A DNA stretch of 64,000 nt, from the NCBI GenBank assembly GCA_016735395.1, contig JAERRO010000006.1, positions 2,488 through 66,487 on the forward strand, in the 5' to 3' direction. Each line of letters begins with the position of its first letter. Position 1 is the stretch's first letter. Below, one piece after another: positions 10,801 through 19,566 of the stretch. This stretch comes from Alphaproteobacteria bacterium. Its GTDB lineage: Bacteria > Pseudomonadota > Alphaproteobacteria > Rs-D84 > JAERRO01. The notes below the pieces were generated by a model. That model had not been told where the DNA came from and searched no databases. It saw only the letters and a program-made list of their open reading frames with translations. Position numbers and translations under genes: made by a program.

Positions 10801-11975
10801 GCATTTAGAGTCGGTCTTTCTCCAGCTCTCAAAGTACTATATACCTCGGCTAAACATCCGGCTCTATCTTTATCGCCGTCATATTGAATAGTTAGACACA
10901 TATGATTTCTTACACTATAGTGATCGATAGCTAAGATTTCTATTTTTTCTAGTCCTTTAGTAATAGATAAATTATCCAGAGTAATATCATACCCTGCTCT
11001 AATAATTCCTACACCCTCTCCAGTATTATTTGCGACGAACTTTCCTATAATAGAAGACTCTTCTATATAAGCCATATTATTTTTAAATTTCTGTTGTAAT
11101 TTAGAAAGGGAGATCGTTTCATTTTTATTTATGACAACTTCAGATTTGACATTAACTATTTCAAAAGGAGATTTTTTTAGACCTTTAATATTGTCTATAT
11201 CGAATGAGAAGAGTTTTTTATCTCTAGTCAGAGAAATTTTATCATAGAAGGTATTTAGTAGATCTTCATTTGAAAATGTATTTATATTGACATCTCCATC
11301 GATCCATTTCTTTTCGTCTTCTATAGTCGGCAGACATCGCAAGAAAGTTGAAAGCGGAATTTTTCTTTTTTTACTAATAGAAATATACAGATGATCTTTG
11401 GTATCGAAAATTATGTCTATCCAGTGTCCTATCTGCGGAATTATTCTAGCAGAATAGAGCATCTGTTTATCCGAAGAAGAACTAGGTTTATTTATGATAC
11501 TCACACCTTGAGATCTTTGAATTTGAGCGATAATAACTTTTTCATTACCGTTAATTACGAAGGTTCCATTTTCTGTCATAAGAGGAATAGCGTGGACGAA
11601 AAAAGATTGCTGTTTGATACCTCTAATAGTCCTCTCGTCGTTATCGCTATTATCGAATGTGACAAGTTTTAGATTAAGTTTAACAAAAGATTCGTATGTT
11701 GCGTGTTTAGCACGACATTGTTCTGGCGAGTATATAGGATCGACAAGTTCGTATGAAACAAATTCTAGAGTTGCATTAGGCTTATCTACATTAGGAGATT
11801 TGATAGGAAAATAAGAATTAAATGCTGCTTGCAGTCCTTGATTTTTTCTATTTTCAGGATCTATATCTGCCTGTAAAAACTTTCGATAAGAGTCCTCTTG
11901 AACTCCGATAAGATCGTCATTATTTGGCAGATCTTCTCTCTTCGCAAAATTGATTTCGATGGTATCGTGTATCAT
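7863..11975 (-). CDS. rpoB: DNA-directed RNA polymerase subunit beta
   Basis: 1370 aa with conserved RpoB blocks (GEMEVWAL, PGGLRFGEM-like regions). It is followed by rpoC after an 8-nt spacer. Confidence 0.95.
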   Translation of the reverse strand: MIHDTIEINFAKREDLPNNDDLIGVQEDSYRKFLQADIDPENRKNQGLQAAFNSYFPIKSPNVDKPNATLEFVSYELVDPIYSPEQCRAKHATYESFVKLNLKLVTFDNSDNDERTIRGIKQQSFFVHAIPLMTENGTFVINGNEKVIIAQIQRSQGVSIINKPSSSSDKQMLYSARIIPQIGHWIDIIFDTKDHLYISISKKRKIPLSTFLRCLPTIEDEKKWIDGDVNINTFSNEDLLNTFYDKISLTRDKKLFSFDIDNIKGLKKSPFEIVNVKSEVVINKNETISLSKLQQKFKNNMAYIEESSIIGKFVANNTGEGVGIIRAGYDITLDNLSITKGLEKIEILAIDHYSVRNHMCLTIQYDGDKDRAGCLAEVYSTLRAGERPTLNAADRRLKASFFDTNGYDLSAIGRFKMNERFNENKDPENIENRPLCVQDILNTIKSLMIARDLSLGPDEIDHLANRRVITVGELVGNQYKSALRRLRSNINERMNNSDIINMTPMSLINGRTISSALNEFFGMSSLSKFMEQVNPLSEVAESRRLSAMGPGGMSREHVSIDARDVHYTHYGRICPITTPEGPNIGLILALASHSRINHYGFLESPYYKVVDGKRTDEVVYLTAIAEDGRLVAPATTVLDKNGKIENEWCYVRHKEEIELVKREQVEYIDVSSGQIASVEANLVPFLENNDASRALMASNMQRQALPLIKPKAPLVGTGMEKKIAVDSRSVVIARTDGIVESVDAKAIVIRSKIKGEVLADFYKLNNFNRSNGDTIIHQRPLVSVGESVKKGDVLADGACTENGKLALGQNVLVAFMPWRGYNFEDGILLSERLIKEDVYTSVHVKEEVVVLHDTKLGEEIITREVPHMGEYALRHLDEAGIVNVGTTIKKGDIVVGKITPKGEATVSVEEKLLNTIFGEKTFNYKDTSFRCSDSEGTVIGVSVLTRQGLEKDQRTLMIETQDTKELTDALKAEEKIYNEAFIESAKGILIGNTIASASNKSAKKLEGDKITQNIIDELSLPAVKSISLKDDKSQEKWKALLNKNKQKLEKLVAKYELAFLQATEYADLPPGVLKEVRIYIAYKSKIQPGDKMAGRHGNKGIVSKILPVEDMPHMKDGTSVDIVLNPLGIPSRMNVGQLLETHIGRAAQALGQKLAELADKVVAKKENVKKLRDLVKGIMKFSFSHSDIDNFSDKEVIALAHNVRDGLYIKTPIFNGASFEDVKELLEFAGLEGSGQVDLYDGITGKKFDRPVTVGYKYMLKLNHLVDKKIHARSVGPYSIITQQPLRGRVREGGQRFGEMEVWALASHGAAYTLREMLTVKSDDVTGRLKAYDSIVNQRHDIETHRPEIINVIARELEALALNIEFKKSE

Positions 11976-12000
11976 AAACAGGTCCTATAGTTTAGATTAA

Positions 12001-12037
12001 GAAGTATAGTTATACCCAGAAAGTTACTATACTTCTA
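12001..12037 (-). promoter_or_regulatory. Stable hairpin in the rplL-rpoB intergenic spacer, a candidate attenuator
   Basis: An 11-bp perfect inverted repeat agaagtatagt/actatacttct flanks a 15-nt loop. There is no U-tract on the transcribed (minus) strand. The position matches the known rplL-rpoB attenuator of other bacteria. Confidence 0.35.
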
Positions 12038-12046
12038 ATTAGAATA

Positions 12047-12409
12047 TTATTTAACTTCTACTTTTCCACCAGCGGCTTCTAGAGCAGACTTAATTTCTTG
12101 AGCATCGTCTTTTTTGATACCTTCTTTAACTACTTTAGGAGCAGATTCTACAAAAGCTTTAGCATCACCGAGACCTAGTCCTAGTATATTTCTAATTTCT
12201 TTGATTACATTGATTTTACTCTCACCAAAATCTAGAAGAGTGACAGTTACTTCGTCTGAAGCACCATCATCTGCATCACCTGAAGCAGGTGCGGAAGCTA
12301 CTGAAGCAGAAACTCCCCAGTGTTCTTCAAGTTTAGAAGAAAGTTCTGCCGCTTCTACGACAGTAAGAGTAGAAAGTTCGTCTATTATTTTTTGTAATTT
12401 GTCAGACAT
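12047..12409 (-). CDS. rplL: 50S ribosomal protein L7/L12
   Basis: 120 aa with an Ala/Glu-rich hinge and a conserved C-terminal domain ([28 protein letters not shown]). Confidence 0.95.
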   Translation of the reverse strand: MSDKLQKIIDELSTLTVVEAAELSSKLEEHWGVSASVASAPASGDADDGASDEVTVTLLDFGESKINVIKEIRNILGLGLGDAKAFVESAPKVVKEGIKKDDAQEIKSALEAAGGKVEVK

Positions 12410-12435
12410 ATTAGTTCCTTTTATTTTATGTTATG

Positions 12436-12915
12436 TTATTGTTTAGAATGGACAGCTAAAACTCGAGCTAGTTTAGAAGCAGGAGCATTGATTATTCCTA
12501 CGATATTAGCACGAGATTCGTCTAGAGTTTTAAGTTTAGAGAAAGCGACTATATCGTCATACGACAAATTGTCATCAACGGTAGCACCTCCTGTAATTTG
12601 AAACTCAGGGTTTGCTTTAGCAAATTCCACGATAATTCTAGAGACAGTGATGGCATCATCTTCAGCTTTCAATATAGTAGCAGTAGTTCCTGAAAACAGG
12701 TGTTCTACTCCTCCAAATTTTGTATCTTTTAGGGCAAGTTTCATAAGTTTATTTCTAGTGACTTTAAAAGAAGCGTTAACCTTACGAAGATTTGCTCTCA
12801 AAGTGTCGATAGTTTTGACAGGCATTTTCTGACAGGAAACTACAAAAACATTTTGAGAATCAAGAAGATTCTGATGCATACTCTCAATCCACGATTTTTT
12901 TTGAATTCGTTTCAT
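12436..12915 (-). CDS. rplJ: 50S ribosomal protein L10. The ORF track extends it to 12957, but the likely true start is at MKRIQKK.
   Basis: Homology pattern to L10 (VVSCQKMPVKTIDTLRANLRK...), placed upstream of rplL. Confidence 0.85.
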   Translation of the reverse strand: MKRIQKKSWIESMHQNLLDSQNVFVVSCQKMPVKTIDTLRANLRKVNASFKVTRNKLMKLALKDTKFGGVEHLFSGTTATILKAEDDAITVSRIIVEFAKANPEFQITGGATVDDNLSYDDIVAFSKLKTLDESRANIVGIINAPASKLARVLAVHSKQ

Positions 12916-13056
12916 AGTATACCTCCGATTTGTGTTTAAGAGAACTAGGAGAGACATTATGTCTTACCTAGCGGTTAATCCTGTTCGTCTATGGAGAGAA
13001 TTAAGAAAACAAGAAGTTTTCATCCCCAGTCTAGGACAGGTCGATTTTTCCCCTCT
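12916..13056 (-). promoter_or_regulatory. rplJ mRNA leader, the expected L10(L12)4 autoregulatory region
   Basis: This is a ~140-nt untranslated spacer between rplA and rplJ. The regulatory role is inferred from established knowledge of the rplJL leader, not from visible structure. Confidence 0.3.
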
Positions 13057-13749
13057 TTATATAAGAGAAGTCAAATCTATTTTAAATCCAGGTCCCATAC
13101 TTGAGGACAGGGAAACTGTTTTTAAATAAAGACCTTTACTATTTTCGGGTTTAGCCTCTTTTAGAGTCTTTATCAATTCTTTAATATTGTTGATAACGGC
13201 TGAGTTATCCATATCTATTTTAGCCACACTCATATGAATTACTCCACTAGAGTCGGCTCTAAATTCCACTTGCCCTTTTTTAATATTTTTGATTGCGGTA
13301 CCTACATTTTCTACTACGGTTCCAAGTTTAGGGTTAGGCATCATCCCTTTAGGGCCAAGAATTTTAGCCAGTCTCGCTAGTTTAGGCATATTATTCGGTG
13401 TAGTTATAAGTTTATCAAAATTGATATTTCCGTCGGTGATATCTTTAATAAGATCGTCAAATCCTATGACATCTGCGGAAGAAGCTTTAGCTTGTTTAAT
13501 ATCGTCTGCATCGTCTGTAAAGACGGCAACTCTAACTATTTTACCTGTTATCTCCGGCAGAATTACTATTCCTCTAACGGCTTGATCACTTTTGGTAGTA
13601 TCTATACCGAGAGAAACGGCAACATCGATACTTTCTTTAAACTTTACAGTAGAAGACTTCTTCAAGTTATCTATAGCCTCGTTAATGTGGTAAGATTTAT
13701 TCTTATCTAAATCTTTATTTATATTCTTCATTCTTTTAGAAATTTTCAT
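13057..13749 (-). CDS. rplA: 50S ribosomal protein L1. The start is trimmed to MKISKRMK, so the ATG overlaps the rplK stop as TAATG.
   Basis: MKISKRMKNINKDL...AVRGIVILPEITGK matches the L1 N-terminus. Confidence 0.9.
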   Translation of the reverse strand: MKISKRMKNINKDLDKNKSYHINEAIDNLKKSSTVKFKESIDVAVSLGIDTTKSDQAVRGIVILPEITGKIVRVAVFTDDADDIKQAKASSADVIGFDDLIKDITDGNINFDKLITTPNNMPKLARLAKILGPKGMMPNPKLGTVVENVGTAIKNIKKGQVEFRADSSGVIHMSVAKIDMDNSAVINNIKELIKTLKEAKPENSKGLYLKTVSLSSSMGPGFKIDLTSLI

Positions 13750-14186
13750 TATAGTTCCCCTTTTACATCGATACCCATAGAAACACATTGTCCTGCGACG
13801 ATTTTCATAGCACTTTCAATGTTAAAACTGTTAAGGTCTGGCATTTTTTCTTCTGCAATTTTTCTAATCTGTGTCATATTGATTTTAGCTACCTTTACAG
13901 TTCCAGGATTAGCCGATGCTTTTTCTAGACCGAGTTCTTTTTTAATCAGGTATGATACTGGCGGAAGTTTCATTTCAAAGGAGAAAGATCTATCTTTGTA
14001 TACACTTATGATGGTAGGAATAGGAGTATTCTTCTCAAATTTTGAAGATTTATCATTAAATTGTTTAACAAATTCACTAATATTGATACCTGCTTGTCCT
14101 AGAGCTGGACCGACAGGAGGAGCCGGTGTTGCCGCCCCAGCAGGTACGACTAGTTTAACCATTCCGGTAACTTCTTTAACAGCCAT
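13749..14186 (-). CDS. rplK: 50S ribosomal protein L11
   Basis: 145 aa. PPVGPALGQAGINISEFVKQFN is the L11 signature. Confidence 0.95.
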   Translation of the reverse strand: MAVKEVTGMVKLVVPAGAATPAPPVGPALGQAGINISEFVKQFNDKSSKFEKNTPIPTIISVYKDRSFSFEMKLPPVSYLIKKELGLEKASANPGTVKVAKINMTQIRKIAEEKMPDLNSFNIESAMKIVAGQCVSMGIDVKGEL

Positions 14187-14250
14187 TCTTCATCCTTTAA
14201 TTAGATCTACCTTGAATATTAGATAGACTGCAGTAAAACTGCGATTATAT

Positions 14251-14784
14251 TTAGACAGATCTTTCGATTTGCCCATAGTTTAGATCTACTTGAGTATCTC
14301 TACCGAAGATAGAAATAGAAAGTTTGATCCGTTTTTTATCATCTTCTACGGCGATGATCTGCCCTTGAAAAGACATAAAAGGACCTTCAATGACCTTTAC
14401 GACTTCTCCAATTTCATATATTATATCTGTTGCGAAAGGATTTTCTCCGTTATCGTCGCCATTATTGATATTTAAAAGCTTATCTACATCTTTAGAAGCC
14501 ATAGGCACAGGCACATTTTTTTGGTTTAAAAATCCGAGAGCTTTAGGAGTTCTTCTTACTGTTTGAAAATTCTCGTCGGACATAACCATCTCAACGATTA
14601 TATACCCAGGAAAAGTCTTCTTCTGAACTAGTTCTTTTTTACCGCCTTTAATTTCAGTCTTCTCATATGTCGGCACAAGAATATTCCCGAACCCACCGTT
14701 AGCAGAAGCATCTACTTTTTCTTGCAAAGCCTCTTTAACTTGATTTTCGCAACCTGATTGCACATGAACGACATAGTATTTCAT
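14251..14784 (-). CDS. nusG: Transcription termination/antitermination factor NusG
   Basis: 177 aa with an NGN domain (YVVHVQSGCENQVKEAL) and a KOW motif. It sits between secE and rplK. Confidence 0.9.
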   Translation of the reverse strand: MKYYVVHVQSGCENQVKEALQEKVDASANGGFGNILVPTYEKTEIKGGKKELVQKKTFPGYIIVEMVMSDENFQTVRRTPKALGFLNQKNVPVPMASKDVDKLLNINNGDDNGENPFATDIIYEIGEVVKVIEGPFMSFQGQIIAVEDDKKRIKLSISIFGRDTQVDLNYGQIERSV

Positions 14785-14788
14785 ACAA

Positions 14789-14971
14789 TTACCCTAGAAA
14801 CATTTTCATTAACCAACTAAACACTAGATCTACTAAGTAGACAAAGATAGTCATAATAGTTGTAACGATAAGAATTAAATAAACACCACTTTTGACATTT
14901 TTCTTTTCTGCCCAAGTAACTTTCTTAGCCTCATCTATTACTGATTTAAAAAAAGTAAGAGCTTTCAACAA
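14789..14971 (-). CDS. secE: Preprotein translocase subunit SecE, probably starting at a TTG
   Basis: The upstream part of the ORF-track ORF (to 15100) is a read-through translation of the tRNA-Trp gene. The conserved SecE block FFKSVIDEAKKVTWAEKKNV plus a single TM helix begins just after the tRNA. In-frame TTG codons lie at 14971 and 14968. Confidence 0.7.
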   Translation of the reverse strand: MLKALTFFKSVIDEAKKVTWAEKKNVKSGVYLILIVTTIMTIFVYLVDLVFSWLMKMFLG

Positions 14972-14991
14972 AGAAGTACCTCCGAGGATAA

Positions 14992-15067
14992 TGGCAGGGG
15001 AAACAGGGTTCGAACCTGCGACCTGCGGTTTTGGAGACCGACGCTCTACCAACTGAGCTATTCCCCT
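14992..15067 (-). tRNA. tRNA-Trp (anticodon CCA)
   Basis: The reverse complement reads AGGGGAATAGCTCAGTTGGTAGAGCGTCGGTCTCCAAAACCGCAGGTCGCAGGTTCGAACCCTGTTTCCCCTGCCA. The anticodon loop is CTCCAAA and the CCA is encoded. This is the canonical position upstream of secE-nusG. Confidence 0.85.
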
Positions 15068-15234
15068 AAACGATGTTAACTTCTTTAAGTATGCCAACAT
15101 TATTTTAGAAAAGCAACCCCTCTTGCAACTTTTTTTTACAATGACAAAGTATAATCAGAACTTTAAGAATTTTTTTCTATTAGAGACGGCTCTATTTTGT
15201 GGTTCAAATTTTCGTTTCTCGTTATCGTCATATA

Positions 15235-15264
15235 AAAAAGTCCAGTTATAATGGCTGGACTTTT
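15235..15264 (-). terminator. Rho-independent terminator downstream of the rubrerythrin gene
   Basis: A 10-bp stem aaaagtccag/ctggactttt flanks a 9-nt loop. On the minus strand it is followed by TTTTTTATAT. Confidence 0.6.
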
Positions 15265-15286
15265 CATACTAAAAAACAATAAAATA

Positions 15287-15868
15287 TTACCAGTTAGTTG
15301 GCATTACTTCAAAATGTTCTTGTTTATGTTCACAAGCAGGACATACTAGAGGAGCTTCATCACCGGAGTGTTGGTATCCACAGTTGAGGCATTTCCAAGT
15401 TGTCTTTTCTCCGCCATCTTTTTTGAATACAGTTCCATCTTGAATATTTTTTCGAAAAGCTTTGAATCTCTCTTCATGATATTGTTCTGCGATAGCGATA
15501 GAGTCAAAAATTTTAGCTATATTTTCGAATCCTTCATCACGAGCGACTTTTGCAAAATCCGGGTACATAGTAGAATGTTCGTAGTTTTCTCCATCGGCAG
15601 ACCCTGCTAGATTTTCTTCAGTAGTTCCTATTGCGGGGATACTTACTCCTACTTCCATTTTAACATCACAACCGTGAGCTAGTTTAAATAACCGTTTAGC
15701 ATGTTGTTGTTCGTGTTTTGCCGTCTCTTTGAAGGCTTCAGAGATCTGTATAAACCCTTCTTTTTCGGCTACAGGAGCGAAGTACAAATATCTGTTTGAT
15801 GCCTGAGATTCACCTAGAAAAGCCTGACAGATATTTTCTAGAGTTTTTGTTCCGTTAAGTTTGTTCAT
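15287..15868 (-). CDS. rbr: Rubrerythrin
   Basis: 193 aa. It has an N-terminal ferritin-like di-iron domain (E..H motifs) and a C-terminal rubredoxin-like CLNCGY...CPAC four-Cys domain. Confidence 0.75.
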   Translation of the reverse strand: MNKLNGTKTLENICQAFLGESQASNRYLYFAPVAEKEGFIQISEAFKETAKHEQQHAKRLFKLAHGCDVKMEVGVSIPAIGTTEENLAGSADGENYEHSTMYPDFAKVARDEGFENIAKIFDSIAIAEQYHEERFKAFRKNIQDGTVFKKDGGEKTTWKCLNCGYQHSGDEAPLVCPACEHKQEHFEVMPTNW

Positions 15869-16152
15869 ATATTATCCTTTTTTTATAACTATGATTAGTA
15901 TATAATAAAGTTTATTATAAATCAATTTTTAGAGCAAAAAAAAAGTTCCCGTCTAGGCTATAGTATCATTTCAAAAAGCTTTACAATTCAACAAAAAGAA
16001 TAGACCTTTTATCTTGTATTAAAAGTTCTTAAAATATATTGTATGTTAAATAATGGTTATGACCTGGTTAAAAAAATACCTATCTACCTATGTTATAAGT
16101 GAGTAGTAAGTATATAGATAAAAGCCGACTTCATAGCTAGAAAACATTAGAG

Positions 16153-16653
16153 GTGCTATTTATGACTTTTAACATTTTCAATCATGAAGTAGTGATACAA
16201 GAAGTTCCGAACGAGATAAGCCTATCATTTTCAGTAGTAGGTTGTACATTAAATTGTCCAGGTTGCAGTTGGGAGGGTATTAGAAAGAATGAGCCATACG
16301 AAGAATTAACAGACAAAAAATATATAGACCTTTTAGAAAAATACAGAGGGTTGTGTAGTTGTGTTCTATTTTATGGTGGCGAGTGGCACGAGGAGAAATT
16401 AAAAGAATTTTTAATTTTAGCGAAAGATTATGACTTTAAAACTTGTCTTTATACAGGACTAGACGAGATATCTCTGTCTTTGATGAAGCACCTAGACTAC
16501 TTAAAAACAGGTCCATATATTGAGGCGATGGGAGGACTAGACTCTGCGACGACGAATCAGAAGTTTTACGATCTAACCTTAAAAAAGTCGCTTAATCACT
16601 ATTTTTTAAAAAAATCGATAGCAAAGGAAGACAAAGTTATATTTGACAGTTAA
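16153..16653 (+). CDS. nrdG: Anaerobic ribonucleotide reductase activating protein (radical SAM)
   Basis: 166 aa. A CTLNCPGC cluster (Cx3Cx2C) lies near the N-terminus, with a YGGEW motif. It is immediately upstream of nrdD. Confidence 0.65.
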   Translation: MLFMTFNIFNHEVVIQEVPNEISLSFSVVGCTLNCPGCSWEGIRKNEPYEELTDKKYIDLLEKYRGLCSCVLFYGGEWHEEKLKEFLILAKDYDFKTCLYTGLDEISLSLMKHLDYLKTGPYIEAMGGLDSATTNQKFYDLTLKKSLNHYFLKKSIAKEDKVIFDS

Positions 16654-16678
16654 AAAAACAAAAACAAAAGGGTAAAAT

Positions 16679-18622
16679 ATGAAGAACAACAAAAAAGTTA
16701 CTATGATAAGATTGAGGGAAGATCAGTTAGAGAAAAAAGTAAATTTTATAAATAATTATATTGAGATTGATGAAAATGCTGCCGATGCTTCTGTCTTGGA
16801 TGCGAATGCCAACATCGTTTCAAAGAACTTGTCGACTTTAACTACAGAACTACATAAAGACATAAATATCCAGATAAACAGGTCCCTAATAAGTAGAACT
16901 TTGCAAGAAAAATTTGGCGATACCTATTCCAAAGAGTATATCCGTCAACTTGAGAATCACGAGATCTATACACACGATGAATCTTCGTTATCGCCGTATT
17001 GTGTGAGTATATCTATGTACCCGTTCCTATTAGGCGGTATGACAGCTCTAGGAGGGGAAGCGAAGGCTCCAAAGCATCTAGCATCTTTCACAGGATCCTT
17101 TGTTAATTTGATCTTTGCGGTCTCATCGCAGTTTGCAGGTGCGGTAGCATCTGTAGAATTTTTGATGTGTTTTGACTATTTTGCTAGAAAAGATTACGGG
17201 GACGATTATCTTAAAACTGACAAGAAAGTTATAGAAAATCAACTTCAGCATGTAGTCTATGCCCTAAACCAACCCGCCGCCGCTAGAGGCTATCAGTCGG
17301 TATTTTGGAATATATCTATATTTGATAAGTTCTACTTTAACTCTATATTTCAAGACTTTATATTTCCAGGAGATCAAAGCAGACCTAATTGGGGTTCACT
17401 ATCTAAATTGCAAGATTTCTTTATGAAATGGTTTAACGAAGAGCGGAGTAAATGTCTATTGACTTTTCCTGTTGTTACCGCCGCTATTTTGACAGAGGAT
17501 GACAAGCCTAAAGACAGTAAATTCGCAGATATGTGTTGTAAAGAAATGAGCGAAGGAAACTCGTTCTTCGTATATATGTCGGATACGGCGGACTCTTTAG
17601 CCTCTTGTTGCAGGCTTCGTAGTGAGATTGTAGATAATACATTTTCGTATTCTCTAGGAGCTGGAGGAGTATCTACAGGTAGTATAAATGTCATTACTGC
17701 AAATATAAACCGTCTTGTACAAAACTCTATATTGAGTCAGTTTAAAGAGCAGAACCCTAAATCTGAAAATCCGTTAACTTTAAAGGTCGCAGATAATTTT
17801 GAGTTATGGAAGAGCGAGGTACTAGACAAAACTGTAATCGACCATGACAAAATACAGGAAGATCTAAAAATACAGATAGAAAAGATACACAAATATCAGG
17901 TTGCGAGCCGTCATCTTTTTGAAAAGTATGAAAAGGGCGGTATGTTAACAGTCTATAATGCTGGCTATATATCATTTGAGAAACAGTTCTTGACTATAGG
18001 AGTGAACGGTTTTGTAGAGTCTGCAGAGGCTTTGGGCATTAGTCCGACGAACAATAAAGAGTATAAGAAATATTTAAACGGAATGTTGAAAGTTATATAT
18101 AATTCTAATAAGGAGGCAAAAAGTCTATACGGCTACCTCTTTAACACAGAATTCGTCCCTGCCGAGAATTTGGGTGTAAAAAATGCATCGTGGGATAAAA
18201 GAGACGGTTATTATAGTCCTAGAGATTGTTATAATTCTTATATGTATGTTGTAGAAAACGAATATACTGATCTGGTAGATAAGTTTGTTTTACACGGCAA
18301 AGAGATAGTAAAATACCTAGATGGTGGGAGTGCTTTACATCTAAATCTTGGAGAATACCCTACTCAAGAGTCGTATCGAAAACTTTTTAATATATCTGCA
18401 AAGACTGGGTGTAATTATTTTACTACGAATGTAAAGATTACTATCTGCGAACAGTGTAATAATATAGACAAGCGGACTCTAGACAGTTGTCCTAAATGCA
18501 GTTCTACTAACCTATCGTGGGCTACGAGGGTTATAGGATATTTAAAGAAGGTTTCATCATTCAGTTCTAAAAGGCAGTGTGAAGAGAGCGATCGCGATTA
18601 TGCTGGGTGCAACAACCTATAG
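16679..18622 (+). CDS. nrdD: Anaerobic (class III) ribonucleoside-triphosphate reductase
   Basis: 647 aa. The C-terminal Zn-ribbon CEQC...CPKC is followed by the glycyl-radical motif TRVIGYL. A palindrome ctatagat-ttt-atctatag overlaps the stop codon. Confidence 0.7.
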   Translation: MKNNKKVTMIRLREDQLEKKVNFINNYIEIDENAADASVLDANANIVSKNLSTLTTELHKDINIQINRSLISRTLQEKFGDTYSKEYIRQLENHEIYTHDESSLSPYCVSISMYPFLLGGMTALGGEAKAPKHLASFTGSFVNLIFAVSSQFAGAVASVEFLMCFDYFARKDYGDDYLKTDKKVIENQLQHVVYALNQPAAARGYQSVFWNISIFDKFYFNSIFQDFIFPGDQSRPNWGSLSKLQDFFMKWFNEERSKCLLTFPVVTAAILTEDDKPKDSKFADMCCKEMSEGNSFFVYMSDTADSLASCCRLRSEIVDNTFSYSLGAGGVSTGSINVITANINRLVQNSILSQFKEQNPKSENPLTLKVADNFELWKSEVLDKTVIDHDKIQEDLKIQIEKIHKYQVASRHLFEKYEKGGMLTVYNAGYISFEKQFLTIGVNGFVESAEALGISPTNNKEYKKYLNGMLKVIYNSNKEAKSLYGYLFNTEFVPAENLGVKNASWDKRDGYYSPRDCYNSYMYVVENEYTDLVDKFVLHGKEIVKYLDGGSALHLNLGEYPTQESYRKLFNISAKTGCNYFTTNVKITICEQCNNIDKRTLDSCPKCSSTNLSWATRVIGYLKKVSSFSSKRQCEESDRDYAGCNNL

Positions 18623-18699
18623 ATTTTATCTATAGGTTAGAAGACAACTTATTATAGAATTTTTTTGCAGGGTCGAAATAAATAAAGTATACTAATATT

Positions 18700-19566
18700 A
18701 TGACGAAGAAGCAGTTGAACAGTATATCTAGTTATACTCGAAAATTTTTAGAACAGATAAGAGCTATACCGTTCTTGGGCAAAAAAGAAGAACACCGTCT
18801 TGCAACACATTTTAGAGATTTTCAGGACAAAGAATCTGCGGAGAAACTAGTCCTATCTCACCTACATCTAGTGGTCTCTTTATCTTACAGTTTTCAAAAT
18901 TATAATGTCCATTTTGAAGATCTATTATCGCAAGGTACTATAGGTCTATTACAGGCTGTTCAAAGTTTTGATCCGGATCACGGCACTCGTCTATCGACTC
19001 ATGCACAGTATTGGATAAAGGCCGCTTTATACGACTTCGTTCAGAATAATAACAGCATAATAAAATCTGGCAGATCTTCAGATATGAGGAAGTTATTTTT
19101 CAAGTTATCTAGTGCTAAAGAAAAGCTAGGAATATCTCATAAAAAGTCGTTAAACACCGAAGACATCGAAAGATTATCTAGTAATCTAGGTGTATCTGCG
19201 AAGGCGATAAGACAGTCTGAAGGCGATCGTCAGGCTATAATTTCTTTAAATTCGCCTCAGTCAAAAGAAAACCACGAGGAAAAAATAGGGTTGGTTGCTA
19301 GTCCGATTGAAGATCCCGGTATCAAAACAGAGAGGACAGATTTAAGAAAAAAAATGTTAAAAGCGACGACAGACTTTTTAGAGACGATAGACGATAGGGA
19401 CAAAGATATCTTTACATCACGATATTTATCTGTACCACCTAAAACTCTAGAAAATATAGCAAACAGGTTAAAGGTGTCTAAACAAAGTGTCCATCAAAGG
19501 GCAGAAAAAACCGTCAAATTATTAAGAACTTTTATAAGAAAAAGATATCCAGATGAAAAAATATAG
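18700..19566 (+). CDS. rpoH: RNA polymerase sigma-32 (heat-shock sigma factor)
   Basis: 288 aa. Region 2 reads LVVSLSYSFQNY...LLSQGTIGLLQAVQSFDP. The RpoH box-like KLFFKLSSAKEKL is present, and region 4 has a helix-turn-helix. Confidence 0.8.
   Translation: MTKKQLNSISSYTRKFLEQIRAIPFLGKKEEHRLATHFRDFQDKESAEKLVLSHLHLVVSLSYSFQNYNVHFEDLLSQGTIGLLQAVQSFDPDHGTRLSTHAQYWIKAALYDFVQNNNSIIKSGRSSDMRKLFFKLSSAKEKLGISHKKSLNTEDIERLSSNLGVSAKAIRQSEGDRQAIISLNSPQSKENHEEKIGLVASPIEDPGIKTERTDLRKKMLKATTDFLETIDDRDKDIFTSRYLSVPPKTLENIANRLKVSKQSVHQRAEKTVKLLRTFIRKRYPDEKI

Noticed and set aside
4600-11814. Multiple 60-130-aa ORFs antisense to rpoC and rpoB
   Set aside because: They are antisense ORFs inside long, highly conserved genes. 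No SD or promoter signals.
12932-13129. 65-aa plus-strand ORF in the rplA-rplJ spacer
   Set aside because: It lies on the opposite strand inside the expected rplJ leader and overlaps both flanking gene ends. Spurious.
14789-15100. 103-aa secE ORF as given in the ORF track
   Set aside because: Its N-terminal 36 codons are a read-through translation of the tRNA-Trp gene on the same strand. It was trimmed to the TTG after the tRNA.
18616-18636. Perfect palindrome cctatagat-ttt-atctatagg at the nrdD stop, considered as an intrinsic terminator
   Set aside because: The stem is AT-rich and is followed by ttagaagac, with no U-tract. It may be a weak terminator or a protein-binding site. It is kept only as a note under nrdD.
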